Assembly (NCBI GenBank): GCA_965240325.2
Contig: OZ251245.1
Span: forward strand, 558,001-622,000
Direction: 5' to 3'
Length of the DNA: 64,000 bases
DNA from: Rebecca billardiae RCC1528
Lineage: Eukaryota > Protista > Haptophyta
Shown: one piece after another, positions 42,393-55,639 of the stretch
Numbering within the stretch: the first letter of the stretch is position 1
Layout of the letters: each line of letters starts with the position of its first letter
Made by a program: the position numbers and the translations under genes
Notes under the pieces: model-generated
Databases searched by the model: none
What the model was told of the DNA's origin: nothing
The model's input: only the letters and a program-made list of their open reading frames with translations

Positions 42393-43337
42393 CTAGTCGG
42401 ACTCAGCGTCGGCTGGGTCCGTGAAGACGGTCATGTCCTCGTACCAGTCGAGGAGCAGCCCGGCCTCGTTCATGCGGAGCTGCTCGTTGGTCACGACGGA
42501 GCGCCGGCCCGACGCCCACCTGACCAGCCAGTTCTTTTGCGTGTTGACCGGGCCCAGGACTTTCGACGGGCGGTCGCTGCTCAGCCAGCCACACCTGTGG
42601 GGGTGGGGGCGAGGAGCGGGGTGGGTGGGCGCGGCGGTGAGCAAGCCTCCCCAGCCCATCGCCGACGGACCGGGCGCACCAGGCGCGCGCGGGCGCCCCC
42701 TCCCCCCGCGCGCGCACAGCACGGTCTCCTCGTCCTCGCCCTCCTCGTCCTGCTCCTCCGCCTGCTGCTGCTGCTCGCCACCCTCGTCAGGCGCGCCGCC
42801 GTCTCGCGCCGAGCGTTGCTTCTTGGCGGGCGGCGCGCCTCGCTCGCCCGCTCCCTCCGCCGCCCGCTTCTTGCGCTTGTGTTCGTCGTGAAACGCCTTG
42901 ACCGCCTTCTCGCACCCGCGCAGCTGGCCCTCGAACACCCACGCGGACTGGCCGTCCGCCCACTCGACGTGGTACTTTTGCTTGCCCTTCTTCACCTTCA
43001 CCTCCAGGATCTTGCGGATCTCCCGCTTGGGCGGCTCGTCGTCCGCGGCGTTGCGATCGGAGTGGGCGGCGTAGTCCCCGTCGCCGTCGTCGTGCGCGTC
43101 GTCCCCGTCATCGTCGAGCTCCTCCGCATGCACGCTCTCCAGCAGCAGCTCGTACCGGTGTTGCAACTCCATCGCCTTCGCCTGCTTCAGCCCCAGCCGG
43201 TGGGCCACCTCAGGCCAGTAGACCTTCCCATCCTGCTGGCCACTGACGGTGACGTAGCCGCCAAGGGCGCCGACGGCCTCGACGAGCTCCGCGTCCTTCA
43301 CCACCGCATCCCCCTTGTTGTGCTTCCTCGATGGCAT
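42393..43337 (-). CDS. HP1-like protein with ARID-like, chromo and chromo-shadow domains; 2 exons
   Basis: [14 protein letters not shown]...WPEVAHRLG...LQHRYELLL (ARID-like); [21 protein letters not shown]...[14 protein letters not shown] (chromo); KRKKR hinge; GW...PSKVLG...WLVRW...[12 protein letters not shown] (chromo shadow). In-frame intron 42595-42717. Confidence 0.75.
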   Translation of the reverse strand: MPSRKHNKGDAVVKDAELVEAVGALGGYVTVSGQQDGKVYWPEVAHRLGLKQAKAMELQHRYELLLESVHAEELDDDGDDAHDDGDGDYAAHSDRNAADDEPPKREIRKILEVKVKKGKQKYHVEWADGQSAWVFEGQLRGCEKAVKAFHDEHKRKKRAAEGAGERGAPPAKKQRSARDGGAPDEGGEQQQQAEEQDEEGEDEETVLCARGGRGRPRAPGAPGPSAMGWGGLLTAAPTHPAPRPHPHRCGWLSSDRPSKVLGPVNTQKNWLVRWASGRRSVVTNEQLRMNEAGLLLDWYEDMTVFTDPADAESD

Positions 43338-43588
43338 CGGCGTGCCCGAGCGGGCGCGCGTTGTGTGACCGGTGGCCCGTCGCGAAGCAGCGCGGGTGCG
43401 CAGTGCTGTTTTTAGCGACGCACGGCCCCCAGTCGGCAGATCGGACGGCTGCGCGATCCGGGCGACGCACTCACGATCTGAGATCGATCTCGCGTGTGCG
43501 CAAGCGCGCCGCTCGAACTCCAAGGTCGTCCGTCTTCGGCTGCTCGCGGCCCCGCTTCATCACCGACGTCTTCACCGTCGTCATTGCG

Positions 43589-45388
43589 ATGTGGCAGCGC
43601 GTCGCGCTCGGCGTCCTCGCGCTCGCGCTCGCGCCCGCGGGCGCGTTCGAGCTGCGCGCCGGCCGGCCGGTGCGCCGTGGCGCGTCCGCCCAGCCGCTCG
43701 CGCGGCGCGTGAGCGTGCGCATGGCGGACGGCCACTACGACTACCTGGTGATCGGCGCGGGCAGCGGCGGCATCGCGTCTGCGAGGCGCGCGGCGCAGTA
43801 CGGCGCCAAGGTGGCGGTCGTGGAGCGGGCGCGGCTGGGCGGGACGTGCGTGAACGTGGGCTGCGTGCCCAAGAAGGTCATGTTCATGGCCGCGTCGATG
43901 ATGGAGGCCATGCACGACGCGCCCGGGTACGGGTACAAGGACGTGAGCTACAAGTTTGACTGGCCGACCATCAAGGCGAACCGCGACGCGTACGTGAAGC
44001 GGCTGAACGGGATCTACGGGACGAACCTGGGCAACTCGGACGTGGAGACCCTCACCGGCACCGCCTCCTTCGTCGGGCCGAAGGAGGTCAAGGTCGGCGA
44101 CAAGTCGTACACCGCCGAGCACGTGCTGATCGCGGTTGGCGGCAAGCCGTCGATGCCCGACTTCCCCGGCGCGGAGATGGCGATCAACTCGGACGGGTTC
44201 TTCGAGCTGGAGGAGCAGCCGAAGCGCGCGGTGGTGATCGGCGGCGGGTACATCGCCGTCGAGCTCGCGGGCGTGCTCCAGGCCCTCGGCACCGACGTGA
44301 CGCTCGTCGTGCGCGGCGAGCGGCCGCTCAAGAACTTTGACGACCTCATCTGCGAGACGCTGTACGACGAGCTCGTCAAGGCGGGGATGGAGGTGAAGTG
44401 CGCGACGACGGTGAAGGGGGCGAAGAAGGGCGGCGACGGCACGATGGACGTCACCTTCTCCGACGACTCCGTCCTCTCCGGCGTCGACTGCCTCCTCGCC
44501 GCCACCGGGCGCGTGCCGCTCGTCGAGCCGCTCAACCTCGGCGCCGCGGGCGTGCAGGCGGACGGCAAGGGGTACATCGCGGTGAGCGAGTTCCAGGAGA
44601 CGAACGTGGAGGGCGTGTACGCGGTGGGCGACGTGACGGGGAAGATCGAGCTCACCCCCGTCGCCATCGCCGCCGGGCGCAAGCTCTCCGACCGCCTCTT
44701 CGGCGGCGTCGCCGGCGCGAAGCTCGACTACAGCCTCGTGCCAACCGTCGTCTTCTCGCACCCGCCGATCGGCACGATGGGGCTCACGGAGAAGGAGGCG
44801 GCGGCGGAGTACGGCGCGGACGACATCAAGGTGTGCGCGGCGTGAGCGTGAGCGGGCGGCGTGGCGGGGCGTGTGTGCCGGGCGGGCCTGCGCGCCCCGG
44901 CAGCCCAGCCCGCCCGGCGCCGTCCTCCGCGCCCGCACGCGCGCTCACGCCAAGCTCCTCCGGCCCCCTCGCGCCCGCGCCCGCGCGTGCGCGCTCGCTC
45001 GCGCCGCGCCCGCGCCGCCGCCGCCCAGTGCTACACCTCCACGTTCACCAACATGTACCACGCCGTCACCGAGCGCAAGACGCGCACGGCGATGAAGCTC
45101 GTGTGCGTCAAGTCCCAGGACGAGCGCGTGGTCGGGGTCCACCTCATTGGCATCGCCTCTGACGAGATGCTGCAGGGTGCGCGCGCGCGCGCGCGCGCGC
45201 CGCGTGCCGGCGTGCGCCTGGCGGCGCGCAGCCGCTCACGTCTCCGCCGCTGCGCGCCGACCGACCCACGCGGCATGCCGCCCGCAGGTTTCGGCGTGGC
45301 GGTCAAGATGGGCGCGACGAAGAAGGACTTCGATTCGTGCGTCGCCATTCACCCGACGGCGTCGGAGGAGCTCGTGACGATGCGCTGA
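43589..45388 (+). CDS. GSR: Glutathione reductase, plastid-targeted; 3 exons
   Basis: [82 protein letters not shown]. Leader ...LAPAGA/FEL. Introns 44831-45028 and 45177-45287. Confidence 0.97.
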
Positions 45389-45937
45389 GCTGCTGGATGA
45401 AGCCTCGAGCGCATCACTAAGCTTGTGCCTTGTGACGTGAGTCTTGACAGTGTCATCAGTGTTCTGACAATAGCATCTGACTGAGAGCCTCTGAGAGCTC
45501 ACTGACAATATGTCACAGTGGTCAGCTTATTAATAATCGACGATCTTCGCGAAAGCCGGATTACTATGACGCGCCGAAAACGGGACGCCCGTTACTAGAG
45601 GCAGGCCAAAGTTTTGGGCTGCCTCCATAGTTTCAAGTTACGGGGTGGTTGCGCTCATCACCACTTTCGTCCACGAGTTGGGCCAGAGTGGGCGGACAGG
45701 GCTTCGCGCAATAAGACCCGCGCCCGCGCCACATATTGAGCTCGAATCCAGATCGCGAATCAGCTATGCAGTCCGCATCTGTTCCGTCCCTCGCCGATAC
45801 CACAAATACCCAGTACTGGGCGGGCCTTGACGGCTATCCGAGAGCCCTTGAGCGAGGGCCCGCACACTCACGCCCGACCCACAAACGCTGGGGGGCCCGG
45901 CGGGGCTCTGGGCTGGCGCCACCCGAGCGGTGGTGGC

Positions 45938-48211
45938 ATGGTGAGCGTGTTCAAACGCGCCGCCTCACCCGCCTCGCGCCGGCCGTCGGACAGCACCAAG
46001 CCCGCCGGCGCGGACCCGGCGCCGGAGGCGAACGGGCAGCCGTCGTCTCGGCCCGGCTTCTTCCGCTCGCTCAGCCGCGGGCGTCTGGGGCGCAGGCCGT
46101 CGGATGAGAAGGTGGGCCGGGACGCGGCGGCTGGCGCCGCGCCGCCCTCCTCCCAGGCCTCCCACTCCGCCCCCGGCTCCGGGCCGGGCTCGTCGGTCGG
46201 CGCGAGCGAGGAGCGCACAGGCTCCTTCCGCTCGCTCCGGGGCCACGAGCCGCGCTCCGTGCCGGCCACGACGGGCGGCGCGGACCGCTTCGCGAAGCGC
46301 GACGAGCGCGCGGGCTCGTTCTCCACGGGCAGCAAGGACCGCTTCCCGCCGCAGCCGCGCCGCCACTCGTCCACGTCCGACGCGGACGCGCCGGCCGCGC
46401 CCGCGGCGCCGGTGCGGCGCGGCTCGTCCGCGCTCGACGCGCTGCCGCTGCGCGCGAGCCACGAGCTGCACTCGTCGGTGCGGCCGGTGCCGGAGTCGGT
46501 GCCCGCGCTCCGCCTGCCGCCGCCGCCCCCCGCCGACCCCGCCGCCGGCCGCCGCCTCTCGCTCGCCAGCACCTCGGGCAAGCCAGACCCGCCGGGCGCG
46601 CTCGGGCGCGCGCTGCGCCACCCGTCCGTGAGCGGCGGTATGCTGCTCAACGGGACGAACCGGCCGCAGACGGCGGGCGCGGCGCAGCTCGAGGCGCTCG
46701 CGCGGCGGAAGCTGCTCAACGTGCTGCTCGACGACCTCACCGGCCCGGCGGACGCGGAGGAGGCCCTCCTCGGCGCGGACGACGACGCGCGCACCGCCGC
46801 GTACCGCAACCGTCTCACCGCCGGCCGCGGCGCGCACAAGGCGGGCGACCTGGAGGAGGCGGCGCTGGAGTTCACCTCGGCGTTCCGCGCGCAGCCGCGC
46901 GCGACCGCGCTCGTCGCGCTGATCGGCGTGCGCGTCGACTCGGGCGACCTCCTCTTCGGCCGCTGCGCCGCCTCCTACCTCCTCGCCGACGACGAGCTGA
47001 GCAAGCAACTGCGCCCCGCCGAGCTCGCGCAGCAGAGGCGGCGCGCGGCGGATGTGCTCTACGGCATGCTCGAGAAGCTGGTGCTCGAGACGGTGGCGCC
47101 GACGGCGAGCCAGCCGGGCGAGGCGACGGCGGCGGAGCTGATCGGCGCGGCGGGCGAGCAGGCCTCGGAGGGCGACCTCTCCCTCGCCGCGGAGCTGTAC
47201 GCTCGCGCGTTCCGGCTCGTGCTACAGGCGCACCGCCGCCGGCTCGGCGAGATGATCTCAGGCGGCATCCAGTCGGAGCGGGGCGCGGGCGACATGGACC
47301 TGGGGCGCGGGCTCTCGCTCGTGCACCTGTGCAAGGCGCTCGACGCGTACAGCAAGGCGGACCGCACGCGCGCCCTCTTCGCCTGGGCCGCGCTCGCCTT
47401 CTGCTCTGAGTCGGGGCTCGCGCCAGCCGGGCCTCAAGGTCAGCACGTGCGCGAGCTCGCGACCGAGTGCGCGGCGCGCGCGGTGCTCGGCTTCGTCAAC
47501 GCGCAGGCGCTGCACGAGGTGGAGGTGTCGGGCACGCACCGCACGCAGGCGCTGATCGAGGCGGGGCTCGCGGCGACCAAGGCGCACAACCACCCGCGCG
47601 CCGCCGAGCTGTTCGCGGCCGCGTACATGTACGACCGGAAGACGTCGCAGCTCATCTCGTGGGCGAGCATGCAGATGTCGCTCGAGCGGCCGGCGAACGG
47701 GCGGACGGCGGGCGGCGCGGGCCGGCCGGCGCCGTCGGGCACGCTGCTGCAGCCCTCGGGCCACGCGCTCGCGGGGTGCACGCTCGACTTCATCGCGTAC
47801 GCGCGCGGGCGCACGCTGTCGCAGTACGAAGCGCAGATGGTGAGCAAGAAGAGCGCGGACGCGTCGCGCTCGATGGTCCGGCAGCTCGGCCCGCGCAGCG
47901 GCTGGACCCTGGCGGGCGCGTCCATGGCGGAGCTCACGCTGCTCGAGCTGCAGCTCGACCGCGACGGCGTGGCCGACCCGCCCAGCGCCTCGCCCGGCTC
48001 GCCGCGCGGCGGCGCACCCTGGGGCTCAGAGGGCCCCAGTGAGATGTCGGCCGCAGCGACGGTGGTCACGGCGCCCGACGACGACCTCAGGCCGGCAGAC
48101 CGGCTGTTTGGCGCGGGCGCGGGCAGCGGCGTCGGCGCGAGCGGCGTCGGCGTGAGCGGCGTGAGCAGAGGCGGGAGCATGGCCGGCGGCGGCGGGATGG
48201 GCGGCGGGATG

Positions 48212-48282
<71 letters not shown>

Positions 48283-48601
48283 GGTGTACGACGCGGCGCG
48301 GAGAGGCAGCAGCGCCGCCGTCGGCGAGAACGGCCGAAGGGCCAGCTTCTCGGCCGCCGCCGCCGCTGCGAGCGCGCCGCCCGCGCCGCTGCTGCCGCTG
48401 CCAACGTCACCGTCGTCGCCGCCTGTCGGCGCGGGCGCGCGCGTCGGCGCGGCCGCGAGCAATGGCGACAGCCCTCTGCCGCGCGTGGCGAGGGCGAGGG
48501 CGCTTAGCCCGAGGAGCGCGGGCGGGAGTGCAGACGCTGCGCCGCGCGGCGCGGCGGCGGGCGCGGCGGGCGGCGCGGCGGCGGCGCCCGCGGCGGCGCA
48601 G

Positions 48602-48633
<32 letters not shown>

Positions 48634-51226
48634 GGCGGCCGCTGCGCCCGCGGCGGACGGGGGCAAGGGCGGCGGCGCGGCGGCGGAGGGTGGCGACGGC
48701 AGCGCGGCGGACAAGCTGCTGCAGTCGTTGCTGCTCGAGCGCTCCCGCCGCGCGCTGCTCGAGACCCGCGTGCGCGAGCTCACCGAGAAGCTCGAAGCGG
48801 AGCAAATGCGCATGGCGGCCGAGCGCGACGAGGGCGCCCTCTCCGCCTCCTTCTCCTCCTCCCAGTCGGCGCCGCGGTTGGCGGCGGTCGGCGGCGCGGG
48901 CGTGAGCGGGGGCAGCAGCGCAGGGCAGTCGCCGCTGCCCGGCGCCGTGCACAGCCTGCCGCCGCAGCCGGGGCAGCCCGACGCCACCTCGGCGGCCGCC
49001 GCTCCCAACGGCGGCGGCGCGTCCGTGCCGGCGGGGACGCCATCGCCGGTGGCAAGGCTCGCGCTACCGGGCGCTCCGAGCGGCGCGGGCGCGCGTCAGC
49101 ACTCGCCCGCGCCGCCGCTGAGCAAGTCGCTGTCCGCACTGGCGGAGAAGCTCTCGGTCGCGGCCGTGGACACGGGCCACGCGCGCGCCGAGGGCGACGA
49201 CCTCCTCTCCGGTCCGGGCGACTCGACGAACGCGAGTCCGGGCTCCACGCCGCCGCGCTCGATCGCGGCGTCGCCGCCCGCGTCCGCGTCCCGCCGCCGC
49301 TCCTCCGTGCGCTCCGCGTCTCGTCGCTCAAGCCTGGTGGGCGGCGGCGTGCACAAGCAGGAGGGCCCGGGCTTCCCGCTGCTCTTCGCGTTCCCGCCCA
49401 ACACCTCGCCCGACGGGATCGACGTCTCCGCCGACCCGTCCACCACGCCGGCGGGCGCGCTCGGTCTGATCGTCTGCGTGCCGGAGCTGGGGGGCACGAA
49501 GGAGCGGCTGCGCTCGCAGCTCACTCTGCTGGCCAACGCGGGTGCGTGTGCGCGGGGCAGGCGCGGCGGCGGCGCCCGTCCCCCGCTGGGCGCAGCCCGC
49601 CCACCGCCGTGCCCTCCCCACCGCCAACCGCCCGCCCGCGCGCCCGCCCGCCCGCCCGCCCGCCCGCCCGCCCACCCCGCCCACCCCGCCCGCGCGCCCG
49701 CTGTCTTCAGGTTTTATCGCCATCGCACTGGACGGCAGAGACCACGGCGAGCGGTACATCAGGGGCACGATGTCCGCCATCGAGGGGTGGCAGACCTCGC
49801 AGAAGGCCTTCTTCTGGCCGCTGCTTGTCGGCACCGCGCACGACATCATCGCCACCGTCGAGTGGGCCAAGTACATGTGGCCGGTGCGCGCGCACGCACG
49901 CGCGCGCGCGCACGCGCCCACACGCGCGGCGGGGAGTGCAACCATTTGGCGCGCACGTGCGCGTGCGCGGCGCGCGGCGCGTCGCGCGGTGTCGCGGGGC
50001 GAGGTGGAGCACGCGCGCTGTCGCGGGGCGTGCCGGGCGGGTGGCGCGGGTGGCGGGGTGGCAGGCTGGCGGGGCTGGCGGGCTTGGGGCTGACGCGTCC
50101 GAGTGTGCAGCGGCAGGAGGGCGGGTGTGCGGCGCGGCTGCGAGCGCGCTGGGGCGCGCGCGCGCTCGCGCGCGGATGGATGCACGGTGGGCGTGGGCAG
50201 TGGCGGTGGCAACGCCGCCGGCTGGCTGCCCCTCCCGCGCGCGCGCACTCACGCGCGCACGCGCGCCACGCCGACCCTCCCGCGCCGCGCAGTACTGGCG
50301 CAACCTCGCCGTCGGCGTGCTCGGCGACTCCATGGGCGGCGACGCCGCGCTCGTCGCGTGTCAGATTGACGAAACCATCGCTGCGGTGATTGCGTTGCGC
50401 GCCACGCCGGACTGGATGCGGCCGCACTCGGTGGGCAACGTGATCGGCGACGACGAGGACGGGGACGAGCTGTACGAGTCGTACTGCCCGGCGCACAACC
50501 CGAAGGCGTACGCGCACCAACCGGCGATCTGCTTCATCTGTGGCGAGAAGTGCGCGCGCGACCACGCGCGCGCGCGCCGCGCGAGCGGCGCGGGGGGCGG
50601 GCGTGTGTGTGCCCGCGGCGCGCGCGCGCGACCGCGCGCCGCCGACGCCGCGGCGTCCGGGCGGCTGCGCGGCTGCCGCGTGCGCGCGCGTGCGTGCGCG
50701 CCACGGGCCTACACACGCCCGCCCCCGCGCTGTGCGCTCACGCGCACCTCCCCGCGCCGCGCCCCTTCACCGCGCGCGCCCGCGCCGCGCGCCGCAGCGA
50801 CGAGCACGTGCCCATGCGCTCGGCGAAGAAGTGGACGACGGAGCTGCAGGGGGGCGTGTACGCCGAGCGGCGCGACAAGCTGCAGGTGCTCCAGCTCGAC
50901 TCGGGCGGCTGGCACGGTCACATGTTCTCGCGGTGCGCGCTCGACCGCGCGCGTGCAAGGGCCTTGGGGGCGGCGGCGCCGGAGCGCGCGCGGCGTGCGC
51001 GCGCACTGCTCACGCGCGCGCGCTGCGCGGCGCTGCGCGCGCCGGGCTCCACAGGGACGCCATCCCCAAGGTGCAGAACGCCATGCTGCTCTGGTTCAAG
51101 CGCTTCCTCGGGCCCGAGTCTGCGGTGCTCTCGCTCGCCGCCGCCAACGGCCTCGGGGAAAGTGGGCTGGCGAGCGAACGCACAGACGGCGGTGCGGACA
51201 CGGTGGCGAATGGCGCGTACATCTGA
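45938..51226 (+). CDS. Large protein with TPR-like repeats, a coiled coil and a C-terminal alpha/beta hydrolase; 5 exons
   Basis: Introns 49542-49710, 49884-50292, 50550-50797 and 50933-51054 splice in frame to G-FIAIALDGRDHGER...GVLGDSMGGDAAL...CGENDEHVP...GWHGHMF...WFKRFL (Ser-Asp-His triad). Three TPR-like units in exon 1. Confidence 0.8.
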
Positions 51227-51615
51227 CGCCGCAAGGCCTGTGCATGGGCTGATGGTGACTTGGTGAGACGACTCTGCTAGCATCACGCTGCCTCTGACGC
51301 TGAGGCCGGAGCCAGTGGAGTGCTCCACCGGGCTGCCTCCACTAGCCGTGGGCATGGGCAGCGGGCGGCTAGCTTGTCATCAGCGCCGAACCGTATGACA
51401 CTGCCGGTAGCCGCCGCAAGTGCCGGTAGCGCAGGTGTCCGGTAGGTACGACTCGGGGCTGCTGACGAACCCGAAAGGCGCGACATCGAGTTGATGATCA
51501 AGCAAGCAGAGTTCCGCTTGCCCCTTCATTCGATCTGAGCGAGCGCTGCGGTCTCATCGCGAGGGGCGAGGGCACGCGCGCCGACGGCGAAGAGCAGCGG
51601 CCGAGCGCAGGCGCC

Positions 51616-52695
51616 ATGGTGGCGCACCTGTACACGTCGGGCCCGCTCTCGCTGAGCATCGTCTTCGACGTGTTCGTCGCGTGCGTCCGCTCCGTCGGCA
51701 CCGCCGCCGTGCTCGCGTGCCCTGGTGTGATGCTCGCGCGCCAAGGCGTGATCAGCCGCGACGTCTCGCGCGGCATGAGCCAGGTGTCGATGCAGGTGAC
51801 GATCCCGTGCCTGCTGTTCAGCTCGGTGGTCCCGGGCATCAACGCGCGGCTGCTCCGCGACTGCTGGCCGCTCATCGTCCTCCCGTTCATCTACGTGCCG
51901 ATCGGGCTCGGCGTGGGCTGGCTGGTCGTACTGGTCACGCGGCCGCACAAGTCGTTCGAGAAGGGGACGGCGGCGGCGGTGGCGTTCGGCAACTCGACGG
52001 GGATGCCGATCGTGCTCCTCAGCGTCATCCACTCCGCGCTCGACGGCCCGCCCGACGTCGACCCCATGCTGTACCTCTCGGTCTATTTAATCTTTTACCC
52101 AGTCCTGCAGTGGTCGCTCGGCGGCTGGATGCTCGGCGTCGGCCGGCCGGCGCTGGGCAGCCGGAAGAGCACGCGCGAGCTGGAGCACGCGGGCGGGAAG
52201 GGCTCGGAGCGGCGCGGCTCCGCGTCCGGCGCCGCCGAGCGCGAGAGCTCGTCGTACAAGCTCGCGCCGCTGCCGCTGCCGCCGCCGCCGCCGCCGTGCA
52301 ACCAGCCCGCGGACGCGCCGCCGCCGGCAGCGGCGGCCGGCGCGACGGCAGCGGTCGCGGCCGCGCCGACGCCGGCGCAGGGGCTGGCCTCGACGACGCG
52401 GAGCGTGCGCTGGCCCACGTGGCTCGGCTCGAGCGCGATGGGCGCCGGCGCGAAGGTCAGCGTCGCCGCGCCGCCCGCGCCGCCCTCAGAGCGGCAGCCA
52501 TTGCTGCAGGCGCAGGCGCCTGCCGGTGGCGCCCTGCCTGCGCCGGGCGCGCGAGCGCCGCTGCCGGAGAGCGCGGACGGCGTGGGCGCGGGGAGCGGAG
52601 GTGGGGGCGGGGGCCTGCGCCAGCCCGCGAGCTCGGAGCCCGCCGCGGCCGCGGCGCAGGCCGCGCAGCAGACCCACAGCAACGGCGCCGCCCGC

Positions 52696-52728
<33 letters not shown>

Positions 52729-53856
52729 GATGAGAGCAGATTAGCGCCGCCCGGCCTGGGCCTGGGGCTGGCACCCAGCCGCAGCTCGGCCAGCATCGCG
52801 TCGAGCGCGAAGGAGAGCAGCGTGGACGGCGGCGGCGAGGCGGGCGGCGGCGAGGGCCACAAGCGTGCGCTCCGGGCGGCGCATGCAACGCCGCCGCGCT
52901 CGGCGCGGTGGCGCGCGCCCGCGCACAAGCTGGCCGCGATTTTTGCGGGCGGGCGGCGCGACGCGTCGGTCGACTCGCTCGCTGACGCGATGCCGTACCT
53001 GCAGGCGATGGCGGAGGGCGAGCGCTTCATGATGGACGAGACCGACGACCAGGCCGACGGCGACGAGAGCGGCGGGACCGATGAGGAGCTGCCGCCGCCC
53101 GTCGCGCGGCCGCGCCGGCGCACGCTGCGCGAGCGCGCGCGCGACTGCACCGAGCGCGCCACGCCGGCGTACCGCCGGGCGAAGCGCGCGACGAAGCCCG
53201 TCCGGAGGGTGCTCAAGCAGATCTTCAAGCCGGCGGTGATCGCGGTGGCGTGCGGCATCGTCGTCGGCCTCACGCCCTCGCTCAAGGCGCTGCTCCTCCC
53301 GCCCGCCTCTGCGCCGTTTGGTTGGCTCTTCTCGGGCGTGCAGCGCGTCGGCGGCGCGGCCGTCCCCATCAACCTGATGCTGCTGGGCTCGACGCTCTCG
53401 AAGGGGCCGTCGTGGGAGCAGATCAAGATGCAGACCAACATCGGCGTGGTGCTGGCCAAGATGGTCGTGCTGCCCATCATCAGCATCGGTGCACCACCTC
53501 CGCGGCGCGGCCGGCACCGCGCCCAGCCGCGCACTGCCCCCAGGCTGCCCCTGAGCACTGCGCCCGCTCAGCCCGGCCGCGCCCGGCCGCGCCCCGCCGC
53601 GCGCGCCCCCGCAGGCGTGGTGATCCCCTTTGCGCGGCTCGTCGTCCTCCCCGAGAGTATCCGCGACTGCTTCTGGCTCGTGGCCCTCGTCGTCTCGTGC
53701 ACGCCCACAGCGAACAACATTGTCGTGATGTGCGACGTGGCTGGGCAGAACAAGCTGGCGATGGGCACGTCCATCTTCACGCAGTACTGCGTCGCGCCGC
53801 TCCTGCTGCCGGGCGTGATCACCGTCTTCATCCTCATCGTCTCGTCCGCCTTCTGA
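51616..53856 (+). CDS. PILS-like / auxin efflux carrier (AEC) family membrane transporter; 2 exons
   Basis: VTIPCLLFSSV, AVAFGNSTGMPIVLL, YLSVYLIFYPVLQWSLG, a long central loop, then GGAAVPINLMLLGSTL, KMVVLP, SCTPTANNIVV, IFTQY. In-frame intron 53489-53614. Confidence 0.9.
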
Positions 53857-55639
53857 CTGAGTGGCCTCCGGGCGCGCGGGCCGCGCCGTGCGCAGGGCAG
53901 CTGCCGGCAGCAGTGTGCGATGACCGCGGCGCAGCAGCAGCGCTCTCAGCTCTGCGCTAAGCTACTGCCGCCCGTGACCGTCATCGTCAGCGGCGCATGC
54001 AGCATTGTAGCTGGCGGCGTGTCGCCTGTCGGCTACTGTCTCGTGTCTGGGCGCTCGCTCGCAGAGTAGTCATCTGCGTGTGAACGGATCTCCGCCGATG
54101 AGTTACTGCTGGCGCCGAAGCCTATCGGACACTGCCGCGCGCTCCGGGTCGGATGACGGATCCAGGACTAGGCAGGAGCTACTGTAGCGCTGCGACTCGA
54201 GCACGGAGCAGGCACGGCCGGCGCGCAGACTTATCGTCGCGCCACTACTCGGCGACTGACTCGGATCCCGGTCTACCGACTGGCTCTAGCGGCGCCGCCG
54301 TCTCGGATACGACGACCGTTTCCGCGCCACCTTGAGTACGGTCCGACCGCGGACGCGACCGCTATCTCTTTGTTGGCCGAAGATACCGGCGCGACTACCT
54401 AGCGCGTCCTTCTGCCGACCACAAAATCGCGGAGAACGCCGCAATCGCTTGGTTTTCATGACCTCGGCCCCAGCGCGGCAAATGCGTTCAGCGACCTCGA
54501 AAACCTAGTGGGACCCCTGGCTCGGGTTATTTGGGCGTCAGGTCCTGACTCACTCCGTCAGGTGCCGCGCAGGCGACCGTCCTGCGACCGCCGGAACCGT
54601 CCATCAAAAGACGAAGGACGCTAAGCGCCGGCTATGATCGAGACCTCAGAGGCTAAGACTTCAGCCAGAGGTGCCCCAGAAGGTGCCCAACAGTATTGAC
54701 GACTTTATGGGCAGCAAGCGCCGCGCACGTCCGTCGAGAGATATTGCTCCACGACTCAGACATTTTGAGTGACACGCTCAGCGACGCGCGTTTGCCCCCG
54801 ACCCCGAGGCCCGACCCGCGCTGCCGGCGCTCCTGCCACCGAGCATCCACCACCGGTTTCGCGTGCGCCTGCACAGCTGGACCCATTGGAATCTGGACCA
54901 AGCGCGCTTGCTGACACTGTGCGCCGAGCAATCGATCGTGCGCCTTAATGATGCAGATTTTGTCGTAGTCGGCAGTTGACGAGTGTGGATCACGCAGCCT
55001 GCACGAGCCATGCATGCGGTGGGGATGAACCAACTGAGCGTGAGCGCCCTGACGCGGTGAATCGGAGCCTTCGTGTTGAACGTGGGCGGGGGAACGTGTG
55101 CACATCTGTATGCAATGTCTGCGCGCATGGCTATTGGCTGTTGTCATGTCATGCCTGCGTCGTTGCTCTGCCGAGTCGTAGGCCTGTCTTAAGGGCTTGG
55201 TCCATTCGCAAGGGAAAGAAGAACAGGTATTTGCGTGCAATGCCATGCGCACGACAGGTGTCTCCAGGCGGCGCGGCTTGCGCGCAGGTACATGTTCCTC
55301 GCTCAGCCGCAGCTCCTGCCACGATTTGATCGCGTCGCGCGCTTAGGCGGGCAGTCACGGCTGGCTCAGTGGCTCAGAGGCCGGAGCGGGCTGCTCATTC
55401 TAAGGGCAGGCGCGGCAACGCTGACGAGAAGCAAGTTGCGGGCGCAGTGCGGAGTATGGCAGCGTTCCGATGCCACGCAAGCAACGCGCCGCCTTCGCAC
55501 GGCAACTCGACGGTCGCAGCGCCCCACGACGCGCTGAAGCGCTGGTGCGCGCGCTGTGCCGTCATTGACAATCTGTTGGTTGGCGGACAATTATAATAAT
55601 AATACCGTAATAGCAGTGGAACGACGATGGTTGAAGAGT

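Noticed and set aside
43589-45388. Selenocysteine read-through, or a redox cluster of GSR with thioredoxin
   Set aside because: The C-terminus is a normal glutathione reductase end with no Cys-Sec motif, and the two genes are ~40 kb apart.
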